Source of the DNA: a virus
Strand: one strand, 5' to 3'
DNA: 64,000 bases
Virus record (IMG/VR): IMGVR_UViG_3300013102_000002
Span: 1 to 64,000 of that record
The notes under the pieces were generated by a model that did no database searches, was not told the DNA's origin, and saw nothing but the letters and a program-made list of their open reading frames with translations. The position numbers and the translations under genes were made by a program. Shown here piece by piece: positions 1 to 9,144 of this stretch (its first letter is position 1; each line of letters opens with the position of its first letter).

Positions 1-1
1 A

Positions 2-358
2 AAATTAGATCCATCGCAATTTGATTTGGGAGAAATTAATTACACTCACAGATGCCATCTTAATGCAGTTCAAAAGGTTCGTGAGGGGAAGGCCGAGAAA
101 GTTTACTCTTGTGTTGCTGTAGACAAAGACAATAAAGATGTGATCATTGTCCATTTTATTAATCAAACTAAAGATGGTAAATTCATTGACCATACATGGG
201 GATGGATGAAGGAACATTATGATTATTATTTAATCAAGGAAATCAAAGAGAACGAGCAGAATAATATTTGGAGAATTTTGAGTAGCACAAAGGAGTTTTT
301 ATTTGAACTGAATTCTACTTGGTTTGAAAGTTTGTTTTGTAATAAAGAGATAATCTAA
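2..358 (+). CDS. Hypothetical phage protein, 5'-truncated; possible Cys-His-Asp (transglutaminase/papain-like) fold
   Basis: Frame is open from position 2; motifs RCHLNA...VHF...IDHTW. Confidence 0.6.
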   Translation, partial: KLDPSQFDLGEINYTHRCHLNAVQKVREGKAEKVYSCVAVDKDNKDVIIVHFINQTKDGKFIDHTWGWMKEHYDYYLIKEIKENEQNNIWRILSSTKEFLFELNSTWFESLFCNKEII

Positions 359-393
359 TCAAACATAAATTTTATTAAGAAAATGGTGACTAT

Positions 394-600
394 ATGAAAG
401 TATTTTATTCTGACGACCATGATGGACATTATCCTGTGGGTGTGTGCTCAATCATTATTGCAGAGAACGAAGTAGTTGCAAGAAATAAACTTAAGAATAA
501 ACTTATTGAACACGGTTTAAGTGCAGAAATAAGCTTTAATTTACATGAAATAAACACGGAAAAATCAGAAGCATACATAATTTTAGATGGTGATTATTAA
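394..600 (+). CDS. Hypothetical phage protein (68 aa)
   Basis: ORF with GGTGA RBS, in gene run. Confidence 0.75.
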   Translation: MKVFYSDDHDGHYPVGVCSIIIAENEVVARNKLKNKLIEHGLSAEISFNLHEINTEKSEAYIILDGDY

Positions 601-634
601 GTAAATTACAATCAATCGAGATCCAGATTTCATT

Positions 635-657
635 AAAAAAGCCTCCCATGAGGAGGC
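635..657 (-). terminator. Intrinsic terminator between convergent genes
   Basis: GCCTCC-TCATG-GGAGGC hairpin followed by T-run on minus strand. Confidence 0.7.
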
Positions 658-666
658 AACAAATGA

Positions 667-864
667 CTATTTTACTCTCTTCAAAGCTGGCTTCATGAAC
701 TCTTCGTCAAGTTCTTTAAGTACTTCTTTAACAGCTTTGCTGGCCGCTCGCGTTGCAATCTTCTCTTTGAACATATCCCAACCGCCATTTTTCTTAATAA
801 TATGCTGTTGAGCAGCTGCTCCAAAAATTCGTTTACCGTTAACAAACTGGCTTGGTGCTGGCAT
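667..864 (-). CDS. Small basic hypothetical protein (moron-like, own sigmaA-type promoter)
   Basis: GGCGGTGA RBS; TG-a-TATACT -10 upstream; terminator downstream. Confidence 0.75.
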   Translation of the reverse strand: MPAPSQFVNGKRIFGAAAQQHIIKKNGGWDMFKEKIATRAASKAVKEVLKELDEEFMKPALKRVK

Positions 865-976
865 CTACATCACCGCCTTAATGGATTTAACAATAGTATA
901 TCATGGTAATTTGCATGTTGTATATTGGAAGAAAGTTAGTAATTATACAACAGATAAATCGTTAGTTTTTTCACAA

Positions 977-1237
977 TCACTTCAATTTGATTCTCATGTT
1001 CATGGGCCAAAACAAGACATTGACCAAAGTACTTACAACTTTATTTTTGTGAATGAACCTTGCAAAGCCACTCTTAGCCTTAACCACTTGAAGATGCTGT
1101 TCGATCAACTCAGAAGGGTTGCTTTCCTTATGTTTTAGATTTAGTTTTTCCATTTTTCTAAATGCTATAGCTAAGTTAATACCGATAAATAAGTAAAGTG
1201 CTAAAACAGCAGATACAAAAATAATCATTAGTTTCAT
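977..1237 (-). CDS. Small membrane protein
   Basis: AAGGAG RBS; N-terminal hydrophobic helix. Confidence 0.7.
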   Translation of the reverse strand: MKLMIIFVSAVLALYLFIGINLAIAFRKMEKLNLKHKESNPSELIEQHLQVVKAKSGFARFIHKNKVVSTLVNVLFWPMNMRIKLK

Positions 1238-1313
1238 TCTCCTTTGATTGTTATGATCATATGATATTCATCAAACCATCAAGTTATGAATAGAGTTTAG
1301 GAGTGGTCGATAA

Positions 1314-1469
1314 TGTGTCACTGTAAATATTGTGATGAATCAGAAGAAGAAAACGGCTTCTGGGGAGATGTTTACTTTTATATGGAAGAGAACAAATGCG
1401 ACAAGGAAACAGCGATGAAAGCCATAGAAACGATATACGAGGAATTTTGTAAAAGAACCATTTCATGAG
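1314..1469 (+). CDS. Small acidic CxCxxC protein (about 51 aa; not in ORF track)
   Basis: GGAGTGG RBS; MCHCKYCDESEEENGFWGDVYFY...CKRTIS*; start coordinate +/-1. Confidence 0.6.
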
Positions 1470-1478
1470 GAATAATAT

Positions 1479-1523
1479 TTAATGAATAAATATATGTACA
1501 AAAAATAGATAGTGTGATATAAT
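1479..1523 (+). promoter_or_regulatory. sigmaA-type promoter of parM with upstream 16-bp box
   Basis: TTAATGAATAAATATA then TGTACA-17-TATAAT with TG extension. Confidence 0.7.
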
Positions 1524-1544
1524 TCTCTTATGGGGTTAGAGGCT

Positions 1545-1584
1545 ACAAATGTCCACAACTGTACTCGCTGTGGCAAACCTGTAC
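1545..1584 (+). repeat. Candidate parC-like 10-bp iterons in the parM leader
   Basis: ACAAATGTCC ACAACTGTAC (TCGCTGTGGC) AAACCTGTAC in 10-bp phase. Confidence 0.35.
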
Positions 1585-1602
1585 ACATGGGAGGATTATA
1601 TC

Positions 1603-2547
1603 ATGATCGAAAACTGTGAATTGGATCTTGGATTTAGTTGGACAAAAGGTAAGAATAACAAAAGATCATATCTTCAACCATCAATAATAGGTGAATCCAA
1701 GCCGATGTTTGAAATGAATATCAAACCAGATGATTACGTATTTAACGATGAACTGTTTGTCGGTAATTTGGCTTTAAGACATAGCGACATCAAGTATTTC
1801 TCAATGAACAATAATAAATCTGAAGCTAGAACGAGCGATGTAATATTAAAGACTGCAATAGGCTCGCTTGCTAGATCGAATCCTATCAACTTGCTTACTG
1901 GGCTTCCATTGAATTTTTATTTTAAACAAAAAGATGAATTCGAACAGAAAATAATGAAGCTCAATGATACTTCTTCATTCACTGTTCGCAAGGGTAAGAA
2001 TAAAGATATGAATATAAAAATATCTATAAATGAATGTAAGGTTGTTCCACAAGGCTATGGAATTGCCATGGACTACATATTAAAGGCAGATGGAAATATT
2101 GACAAACACAAAATTGCTAAATCGAAAATTCTAGTAATTGACTTAGGATTCTATACATTAGGATTACTTGGACTTGATAAGATGGAAATCATGAAAGAAT
2201 CTACAGCACTGTTACTTGGTGTTGAAAATGCCTATAAACTTTTGCAAAGTTATCTTCAGGCGAAAATAGGACGTTCTCCAGCTAAGTATGAACTTGATCC
2301 CTATGTTATCTCAGGTGTTTATGAAGGCAAAAATATTAGTGATTTAATAAATAAATCTTTTAGGGCATTAGCACAGCAGATACAGAATGAGATTGAAAGC
2401 TTGAATATCACATTTAATTATTACTTAGTAGGTGGAGGCGCAGCACATCTAATCTACGAATATTTAGATTTACCGAACAAGATACTATTTGACCAACTCT
2501 CTCAATTAAGAGGGTATGGAAAGATAGGTGTTCGTTTATGGAAATAG
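1603..2547 (+). CDS. ParM/StbA-family actin-like ATPase
   Basis: DLGFSWTK phosphate-1, TGLP, VPQGYG, VIDLGFYT, VGGGA motifs; GGGAGG RBS before ATG 1603. Confidence 0.88.
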   Translation: MIENCELDLGFSWTKGKNNKRSYLQPSIIGESKPMFEMNIKPDDYVFNDELFVGNLALRHSDIKYFSMNNNKSEARTSDVILKTAIGSLARSNPINLLTGLPLNFYFKQKDEFEQKIMKLNDTSSFTVRKGKNKDMNIKISINECKVVPQGYGIAMDYILKADGNIDKHKIAKSKILVIDLGFYTLGLLGLDKMEIMKESTALLLGVENAYKLLQSYLQAKIGRSPAKYELDPYVISGVYEGKNISDLINKSFRALAQQIQNEIESLNITFNYYLVGGGAAHLIYEYLDLPNKILFDQLSQLRGYGKIGVRLWK

Positions 2548-2798
2548 TTGCTAGAGCAAGACTGAGACCTGAAAAGGACAAAGATCTGATTAATGCATTC
2601 GAACAATTGCCCAAGCATAAGGATAAAAGTGATGTTGTGAGGGATGCACTAAGGCTCCTATTTTTCGGAAATAATAGTAATAATAAATATATAATTAATG
2701 ATAATGAAATTGTTGAGTCATCAGAGTCCATTGAGACGGAGTTAGTATCAGACGAAGAAGTCGATAAAAGTATAGATGAATTCTTATTGGGAATATGA
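2538..2798 (+). CDS. ParR-like ribbon-helix-helix DNA-binding adaptor
   Basis: Overlaps parM; RHH pattern (ARLRPEKDKDL...KSDVVRDALR) and acidic tail. Confidence 0.7.
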   Translation: MEIVARARLRPEKDKDLINAFEQLPKHKDKSDVVRDALRLLFFGNNSNNKYIINDNEIVESSESIETELVSDEEVDKSIDEFLLGI

Positions 2799-2857
2799 GA
2801 ACAGGGAAACCTGTTCTATACATAGATTAAATAACATTATGAAAGAGGTGTTTTATA

Positions 2858-3070
2858 ATGCTACTTATTTACGACAAAGAGAAATTTGATGCAGAGTACG
2901 AAATATTATACTTAGACTCGAACAATCCAGAGAAAAGATGCGTTGAAACTTATGATGGGTGGCCTGGGCTTGAAAGAATTGAGAACATGGCTAAGTCAAT
3001 GAAAATGGATACTGTTGAGGTTGTCACTATTTATAGAAGTGTGGATAGATATCAGGTTGATTTAGATTAA
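2858..3070 (+). CDS. Hypothetical protein
   Basis: GAGGTG RBS, 70 aa. Confidence 0.7.
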   Translation: MLLIYDKEKFDAEYEILYLDSNNPEKRCVETYDGWPGLERIENMAKSMKMDTVEVVTIYRSVDRYQVDLD

Positions 3071-3091
3071 AACAAATACACGGAGGTTTTT

Positions 3092-3328
3092 ATGAGTGGA
3101 TCAAGAGATATTCCTTTAATTAACCAACCATACATTTATATTGATCAAGACTGTTCTTCATTCACAAACGGAAATACCTATAGGGTAATTGAAACAGGAC
3201 AGCATTGGTATAAAGAATTTGGTCTTTGTGTCTGGATGACAAATGATGAATGCCCAAATACAAAAGATGCTGATTATGGAACATCAGTAAGTATTGATGA
3301 GTTCCATAAATGCTTTTGGAAGGCGTAA
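3092..3328 (+). CDS. Hypothetical protein
   Basis: GGAGG RBS, 78 aa. Confidence 0.7.
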   Translation: MSGSRDIPLINQPYIYIDQDCSSFTNGNTYRVIETGQHWYKEFGLCVWMTNDECPNTKDADYGTSVSIDEFHKCFWKA

Positions 3329-3378
3329 GATTTGATAATATCAATATTTCATGCAGAAATGAGAGAGGAGTGAAAATA

Positions 3379-3774
3379 TTGCTACGCATAGGTAACCCCA
3401 TTCCACCAGAAGAGATTCCATTTGAAGCTTTAGATAAAGAAATGGTAAATATAATTAAACTACTGAATTGTAGTTATGGTTATAAAACTAAATATTGCTG
3501 TTTCGGACACGAAGAAAACGATAATTTATACATAATGTTTCATGAAGACATGAATAGTCAAATTGAAGATTTGGCTGTTAAAGTAGTAAATCACATAAAA
3601 GGTATGGACTTAAGTTTTAAGTTTTGGATAAGAAATGTTCAAGGCAAAGTTGAGAAGAACTGGCTTTGTGAAACAAACGGCGCAAAACTTGAAGCTGACA
3701 GATTTAGAATATTGAATGAGTTGACTGAGGCACTTATTGATTGCTTCAAGAAAGGAGATGTTATTCATCTGTAA
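3379..3774 (+). CDS. Hypothetical protein with TYW3-like N-terminal motif
   Basis: GAGGAG RBS before TTG 3379; LDKEM..IIKLLN...YKTKYCCFGH. Confidence 0.6.
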   Translation: MLRIGNPIPPEEIPFEALDKEMVNIIKLLNCSYGYKTKYCCFGHEENDNLYIMFHEDMNSQIEDLAVKVVNHIKGMDLSFKFWIRNVQGKVEKNWLCETNGAKLEADRFRILNELTEALIDCFKKGDVIHL

Positions 3775-6700
3775 TCAATGTAATTCAATACTACTACATA
3801 ATCACACTGATAGAGGATCTAATCTTAAGCTTAGAGATACCACAAACACCATAGAGGGATTGATTCAAACAGCACATGATATGGGGCATAAGGGATTAGC
3901 CATAACTGACCACGAGTCTGTAAGTTCACATGTAAAAGCAATACAAATCACCGAACAACTAAAAAGGGATGGAAAAATAGCTCAAGACTTTAAACTAATC
4001 TTGGGCAATGAAATTTATCTAGTGGAGAACACAGAAGAGATTCGTACCAACTATAAATCTGGTGTAACGAAGTTTCCACATTTCCTGTTACTTGCCAAGG
4101 ATACAGTCGGTCATGAGCAAATTCGCTATATGAGTTCTAAAGCTTGGGCAGATTCTTTTTACACTGGACCCATGCTAAGAACTCCAACTGAGAGAGGTTT
4201 GCTTGAATCAATTATCAAAAGAGATCCTGGACATTTGATTGCTTCAAGTGCATGTCTGGGGTCTCCACATTGTATCTATTTACTTGAAATGAAAGTACAC
4301 CACGAAAACAATGACTTAGAGAAAGCAAAACAAAGCTATAAAAAGGTTTGTGATTTCACTGAATGGTGCATTGAAGTATTTGGGGAAGATGATTTCTATC
4401 TCGAACTTCAGCCAGCATATAGTGAGGAACAAATATATTGCAATAAACAATTACTTAAACTCTCTAATAAATATGGTCTTAAATACATAATCACTACCGA
4501 TAGTCACTTTCTACGTCCAGAAGATCGAATTGTACATAAGGCATTCTTGAATGCCAAAGAAGGAGAACGTGAAGTAGATGCATTTTATGAAGCTACTTTT
4601 GTTCAAACGATTGATGAGATGTCAGAACGACTAAATTATCTGGAACATGAAGTAATCAAAACAGCCTTAGACAATACAATGGAAATTGGGAATAAAATTC
4701 AAGACTACACAATTCTTAAACCGACTGTTATTCCCAAGATTGACTTACCTGACTTCAATCTTCGTGGAACTTTCAGATCTGTATATGGAAAATATGAATT
4801 TATTAATAAAATGGCACACTCAGAAAACCCACAGGACAGATATATAGTTAAATTGATCGAAGATGGTTTTTATGAATACTTGCCCTACAATACATATTCA
4901 ACTGAGAAATTGCATTCTGTGGCTGGACGGATCAATGTTGAACTAGGTGAACTCTGGAAGATATCAGAAACTCTTAATCAGTCAATGGCGAGTTATTATA
5001 TTACTGTCAGAGAAATTGTAAACGTAATTTGGGATGATGATTGCGGAAATAGTCTTGTGGGTGTTTCTCGTGGGTCTGCTGCTGGATATCTAATTTGCTT
5101 TCTTTTGGGTATCACACAAGTTAATCCACTTGAGTATGGAATTGAAATGCCACATTGGAGACATCTTACAGCCGAGCGCCCCGAATACCCGGATGTGGAT
5201 ATAGATACTGAAGCCGCAAAAAGAGATCAGATATTTAGACAATTAAAACAATACTTTGGCGAAGAACGAGTATTGCAAGTATGTACTTTTGGAACCGAAG
5301 CATCCAAATCTGCTGTTCAAAGTGCTGCCCGTGGTCTTGGAATTGACAATGATGTAGCAATGTATGTTTCAGGACTAGTGCCATTTGAACGAGGGAGTAA
5401 CTGGACACTTTCAGATTGTGTAAATGGCAACGAAGAAAAAGAAAGAAAGCCCGTACAGGAATTTATCACTGAAATCAACAAACACGAACATTGGCTAAAT
5501 GTTGCAATGAAAATCGAAGGACTTGTAAACAAACGCAGTATCCATGCCAGTGGGGTTATTGTCTTCAATGAAGAATTTTATAAAACCAATGCAATGATGA
5601 CTGCACCTAATGGAACACATGTAACGCAATTTAGTCTTGAGGATTGTGAAGCTGTTTCAAATATGAAATTTGACCTTTTGACGATTGAAGGACTTGATAA
5701 AATTCGAGTCACATTAGACTCATTACTTGCAGAAAACCTCATGGAGTGGCAAGGTACGATACGCAAAACCTACAATAAGTATTTGCATCCTAACAAAATT
5801 GATATGATCAGCCCCAAAGTATATGACTTAATTGGATCGGATAGTATTACTGATTTGTTTCAATTCTCTACTGAAATTGGGATTCAAACAGTAAAAAGAA
5901 CTAAGCCAGCAAACTTGATTGAGCTTGCTTCTGCCAATTCACTAATGAGACTAATGGGAAGTGGACATGGAACTGAAACACCTATTGATAGTTTTATTCG
6001 TTTCAAAAACAATATTGGGGAATGGTACGAAGAACTTCACAAACATCAACTTAATGAAGATGAAATTAAGATACTTGAAAAACATCTTTTAACATTAAAC
6101 GGTGTTGCCGATACACAAGAATCTATCATGTTGTTGTCGATGGATGAAAAAGTTGCTGGATTTTCAATACAAGATGCCAATAAACTTAGAAAAATTATTG
6201 CCAAGAAAAAAGCAACTGAGATTGAGAAAATCAAGAAGAAATTTTATGAAGAAGGCTTAATGCTAGGTAATCGGACAGAGATGCTTGATTATGTATGGAA
6301 CGTACAGATTGTGAGACAGTTGGGTTATTCATTTTCAATCCTTCATACACTTGCATATTCAATCATTGCTCTACAAGAAGCAAGCCTAAACATCAACTAT
6401 AATCCTATTTACTGGAGAACAGCATGTCTAACGGTCAATTCAGCATCCATAGACAATGAATCAGACGATGATGAAGAAGACACTAAATCTAAATCTCAGT
6501 CCACTAACTATGGTAAGATTGCTTCTGCAATTGGGAACATGCAGAGTCGTGGAGTAAAAGTTGGTTTGCCAAATATCAATAAAGCTTACTTTGGATTCAA
6601 ACCTGATATTATCGAAGATCAAATCATATTTGGATTGAAAGGTATTAATGGTATTGGTGATGATGTTGTACAAAGTGTTATTCAAAATCGTCCATACGCT

Positions 6701-7720
6701 TCATTTGATGATTTCCTGATACGAATGTATGACACCTCAACTATCAAAAAAGCCCAGTTGATTCAATTAATCAAAGCTGGATGCTTCGAGACATTTGGTG
6801 ATCGTATCTCTATAATGAAGACGTTTGTGAATAAACTCTTTACGCCAAAAGAAAAACTCAATCTCCAGAATCTAAATGCTGTAATTGAATGTGGTCTTAT
6901 CCCTCAAGAGATGCAACAGTATTCTAAACTCTTTAATTTCAGAAAGTATGTAATGAAGAAAATACATAGAAAAGTTGATAAAGACAAGTATTATATACTA
7001 GATAAGATTTCTACTCCATTTTATTATGAGAATTTCTCTGATCAAGGCATAAAAGAATATAGTGGTAACTTTCCTGTAATCAGTGAGAATGTATTTAAGA
7101 AAGAATACGATAAGAAGATGGATGGTATTAGAGAATGGTTGTCACTTCCTGAAACCCTAGAATTGTTTAACACAAAACAATATGAAATGGAATGGGAATC
7201 GGTTGCCGAAGGAACGATTAGCAAATGGGAAATGGATTCACTATCTTTCTATTATACTGAGCATGAACTTGAACACATCGATTATGCACGTTATGGGATA
7301 AGTAAATTCGAGGATCTACCCGAAGAACCAATAGTTGTTTCAACGATGACCTTTAGAAATGGTAACAGCAGACCCAAGTTTAAACTTGATTTTATCACAG
7401 GAACCGTATTAGACAAGGACAAGAACAAACATACTGTGGCCCTTCTAACAACTGATGGAGTAGTGACACTTAAATTTTCTGATGGAGAATTTGCACACTA
7501 CAACAAACAAGTGTCTAAACCTAAGCCCGATGGAGGGAAACAGATTGTAGAAAAGACTTGGTTTGCCAGAGGAAATAAACTGGTGCTATGTGGATATCGT
7601 AGAGGAGCACAATTCAAACCACATCGATATAAAGACACAAATGTTAAACACACAACGATGCTGATTACTGCAATTGGTAAGGATGGGTCAGTAAAAGTTG
7701 AAACCGAAAGAAAGAAATAA
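3737..7720 (+). CDS. dnaE: DNA polymerase III alpha subunit (family C, YorL-like)
   Basis: PHP domain HNHTD, AITDH, TTDSH; SRGSAAG; YPDVDID; SIHASG; YSFSILH; start uncertain (3737/3758/3767). Confidence 0.96.
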   Translation: MIASRKEMLFICNQCNSILLHNHTDRGSNLKLRDTTNTIEGLIQTAHDMGHKGLAITDHESVSSHVKAIQITEQLKRDGKIAQDFKLILGNEIYLVENTEEIRTNYKSGVTKFPHFLLLAKDTVGHEQIRYMSSKAWADSFYTGPMLRTPTERGLLESIIKRDPGHLIASSACLGSPHCIYLLEMKVHHENNDLEKAKQSYKKVCDFTEWCIEVFGEDDFYLELQPAYSEEQIYCNKQLLKLSNKYGLKYIITTDSHFLRPEDRIVHKAFLNAKEGEREVDAFYEATFVQTIDEMSERLNYLEHEVIKTALDNTMEIGNKIQDYTILKPTVIPKIDLPDFNLRGTFRSVYGKYEFINKMAHSENPQDRYIVKLIEDGFYEYLPYNTYSTEKLHSVAGRINVELGELWKISETLNQSMASYYITVREIVNVIWDDDCGNSLVGVSRGSAAGYLICFLLGITQVNPLEYGIEMPHWRHLTAERPEYPDVDIDTEAAKRDQIFRQLKQYFGEERVLQVCTFGTEASKSAVQSAARGLGIDNDVAMYVSGLVPFERGSNWTLSDCVNGNEEKERKPVQEFITEINKHEHWLNVAMKIEGLVNKRSIHASGVIVFNEEFYKTNAMMTAPNGTHVTQFSLEDCEAVSNMKFDLLTIEGLDKIRVTLDSLLAENLMEWQGTIRKTYNKYLHPNKIDMISPKVYDLIGSDSITDLFQFSTEIGIQTVKRTKPANLIELASANSLMRLMGSGHGTETPIDSFIRFKNNIGEWYEELHKHQLNEDEIKILEKHLLTLNGVADTQESIMLLSMDEKVAGFSIQDANKLRKIIAKKKATEIEKIKKKFYEEGLMLGNRTEMLDYVWNVQIVRQLGYSFSILHTLAYSIIALQEASLNINYNPIYWRTACLTVNSASIDNESDDDEEDTKSKSQSTNYGKIASAIGNMQSRGVKVGLPNINKAYFGFKPDIIEDQIIFGLKGINGIGDDVVQSVIQNRPYASFDDFLIRMYDTSTIKKAQLIQLIKAGCFETFGDRISIMKTFVNKLFTPKEKLNLQNLNAVIECGLIPQEMQQYSKLFNFRKYVMKKIHRKVDKDKYYILDKISTPFYYENFSDQGIKEYSGNFPVISENVFKKEYDKKMDGIREWLSLPETLELFNTKQYEMEWESVAEGTISKWEMDSLSFYYTEHELEHIDYARYGISKFEDLPEEPIVVSTMTFRNGNSRPKFKLDFITGTVLDKDKNKHTVALLTTDGVVTLKFSDGEFAHYNKQVSKPKPDGGKQIVEKTWFARGNKLVLCGYRRGAQFKPHRYKDTNVKHTTMLITAIGKDGSVKVETERKK

Positions 7721-7742
7721 ATATAAAAAGGAGAATGAAATT

Positions 7743-7886
7743 ATGGAAGGTAACCTCATCAAACTATCCAAATCATCAATTGAAAAACTGCTAAACCGTT
7801 CAATCTCAAACGATTACTATAAACTACTGCTCAGGGAATCATTAATTAATCTCTTAGAAACGAAGGAAAACGAAGAATATGAATAA
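7743..7886 (+). CDS. Small hypothetical protein
   Basis: AAGGAG RBS before ATG 7743; overlaps next gene. Confidence 0.55.
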   Translation: MEGNLIKLSKSSIEKLLNRSISNDYYKLLLRESLINLLETKENEEYE

Positions 7887-8139
7887 ATATAATAATTATA
7901 ATGAACTTGATTATCACAATTCTTCATATGCAAATAAATTCTTCCCTGATCCACAGGATAAGGAGGTGACTAATTATTCTACCTGTGCGGGATGTGGGGA
8001 AGAAGTAAGTTTGAGTGATGTTGCTGAAGGTGAAATTTTAGATATTTATGGTATGTGTGTACATGATGATCGACAGTGTATCAAAGATGCTGTGCAAGCA
8101 AGAGTCGTAACTTTGGATGAAGTGAGTAATGAAGAATAA
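7879..8139 (+). CDS. Zn-finger-like hypothetical protein
   Basis: PDPQD...CAGC...H...C pattern. Confidence 0.7.
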   Translation: MNKYNNYNELDYHNSSYANKFFPDPQDKEVTNYSTCAGCGEEVSLSDVAEGEILDIYGMCVHDDRQCIKDAVQARVVTLDEVSNEE

Positions 8140-8168
8140 TTAATGAATAAATATAGGAGGGTGATTGT

Positions 8169-8345
8169 TTGAATCTGGTAGGACATAATATTGCGCTTGT
8201 TGAACAATTGAAAATACATATGATTAATAAATTGAATGAATATTATAGAGATGGATTTATTGTCGAAGGTAGATTTGAGGAATCATTAGAGAATGAAATC
8301 AAGTCGTTAGATGAACGGATTGGCACCATACGTGGTTTGCTATGA
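8169..8345 (+). CDS. Hypothetical protein (58 aa; not in ORF track)
   Basis: GGAGGGTGA RBS, TTG start; ATGA overlap with ruvC. Confidence 0.65.
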   Translation: MNLVGHNIALVEQLKIHMINKLNEYYRDGFIVEGRFEESLENEIKSLDERIGTIRGLL

Positions 8346-8896
8346 GTCGATATCTCTACGGATTTGATTTATCAATGGAATGTACTGGAGTTACTGTTTT
8401 TGATTTAGACAGTTTAAAACCAGTGCTTGTTACTAGCATATCTACGTCTCATTTTAAGAAGACTGCTACTCATGGACAAAAGTTAAAATACATAGAAGAT
8501 GAATTAATTAAAATAGCCAAAGAGTTTAATCCAACAGTTGTAACCATTGAGCGAGGATTTAGTCGATTTAATGTATCTACTCAAGTCATATATAGATGTC
8601 ATGGTGTTGTGAATAAACTATTCTACCAATATGACCAAATATACTATCCTCCGAAGACTGTCAAAGAAGCGATTTGTCGCGGTGACGCTACTAAGAAATA
8701 TGTCCAAGACACAATTAAAAAAGTATATCCTGGTGTGATTTTTAACAATGAAGATGAATCAGATTCGTTTGCTGTAGCACTTACATATTTGATTAAGAAC
8801 AAGTTAATTGAGTGGGATAAGGTTGAAATAAAGAAGACTCCAACTAAGAAGAGGACAATCAAGAGGATTAAAGATGTGGAGAGAGCAGAGGAATAA
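8342..8896 (+). CDS. ruvC: Holliday junction resolvase, RuvC family
   Basis: GFDLSMECTG, VTIE, PPKTVKEA.CRGDATK, DESDSFAVA motifs. Confidence 0.9.
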   Translation: MSRYLYGFDLSMECTGVTVFDLDSLKPVLVTSISTSHFKKTATHGQKLKYIEDELIKIAKEFNPTVVTIERGFSRFNVSTQVIYRCHGVVNKLFYQYDQIYYPPKTVKEAICRGDATKKYVQDTIKKVYPGVIFNNEDESDSFAVALTYLIKNKLIEWDKVEIKKTPTKKRTIKRIKDVERAEE

Positions 8897-8901
8897 TACA
8901 T

Positions 8902-9033
8902 ATGGAAAAAGAGCTTAACCCAATTCTCAAAGAACTCTGGGACGATTATAAAAAAGTAGTTAAGGAAAGTGGATATGGAAAAGAATCGATAGATATCTTA
9001 GTCAAGATTTACAGCTTTGCTCCTTCGGAGTAA
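8902..9033 (+). CDS. Small 43-aa protein just upstream of the integrase (not in ORF track)
   Basis: GAGG RBS; MEKELNPILKELWDDYKK...FAPSE*. Confidence 0.55.
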   Translation: MEKELNPILKELWDDYKKVVKESGYGKESIDILVKIYSFAPSE

Positions 9034-9042
9034 GGCTTTTTT
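9013..9042 (+). terminator. Intrinsic terminator ending the early operon
   Basis: AGCTTTGCTCC-TTCG-GAGTAAGGCT hairpin plus T-run. Confidence 0.75.
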
Positions 9043-9144
9043 CTTGTGAATGAACCTTATATAAAATTATTTGCTCCACCATATACACTTACGTAAGTTT
9101 TTGATAGAATAGAATTATATAAGATAAATGGAGAGTGAATAATA

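Noticed and set aside
3737-7720. Intein or intron in DnaE or terminase
   Set aside because: Continuous ORFs of ordinary length; no convincing intein splice-junction motifs seen
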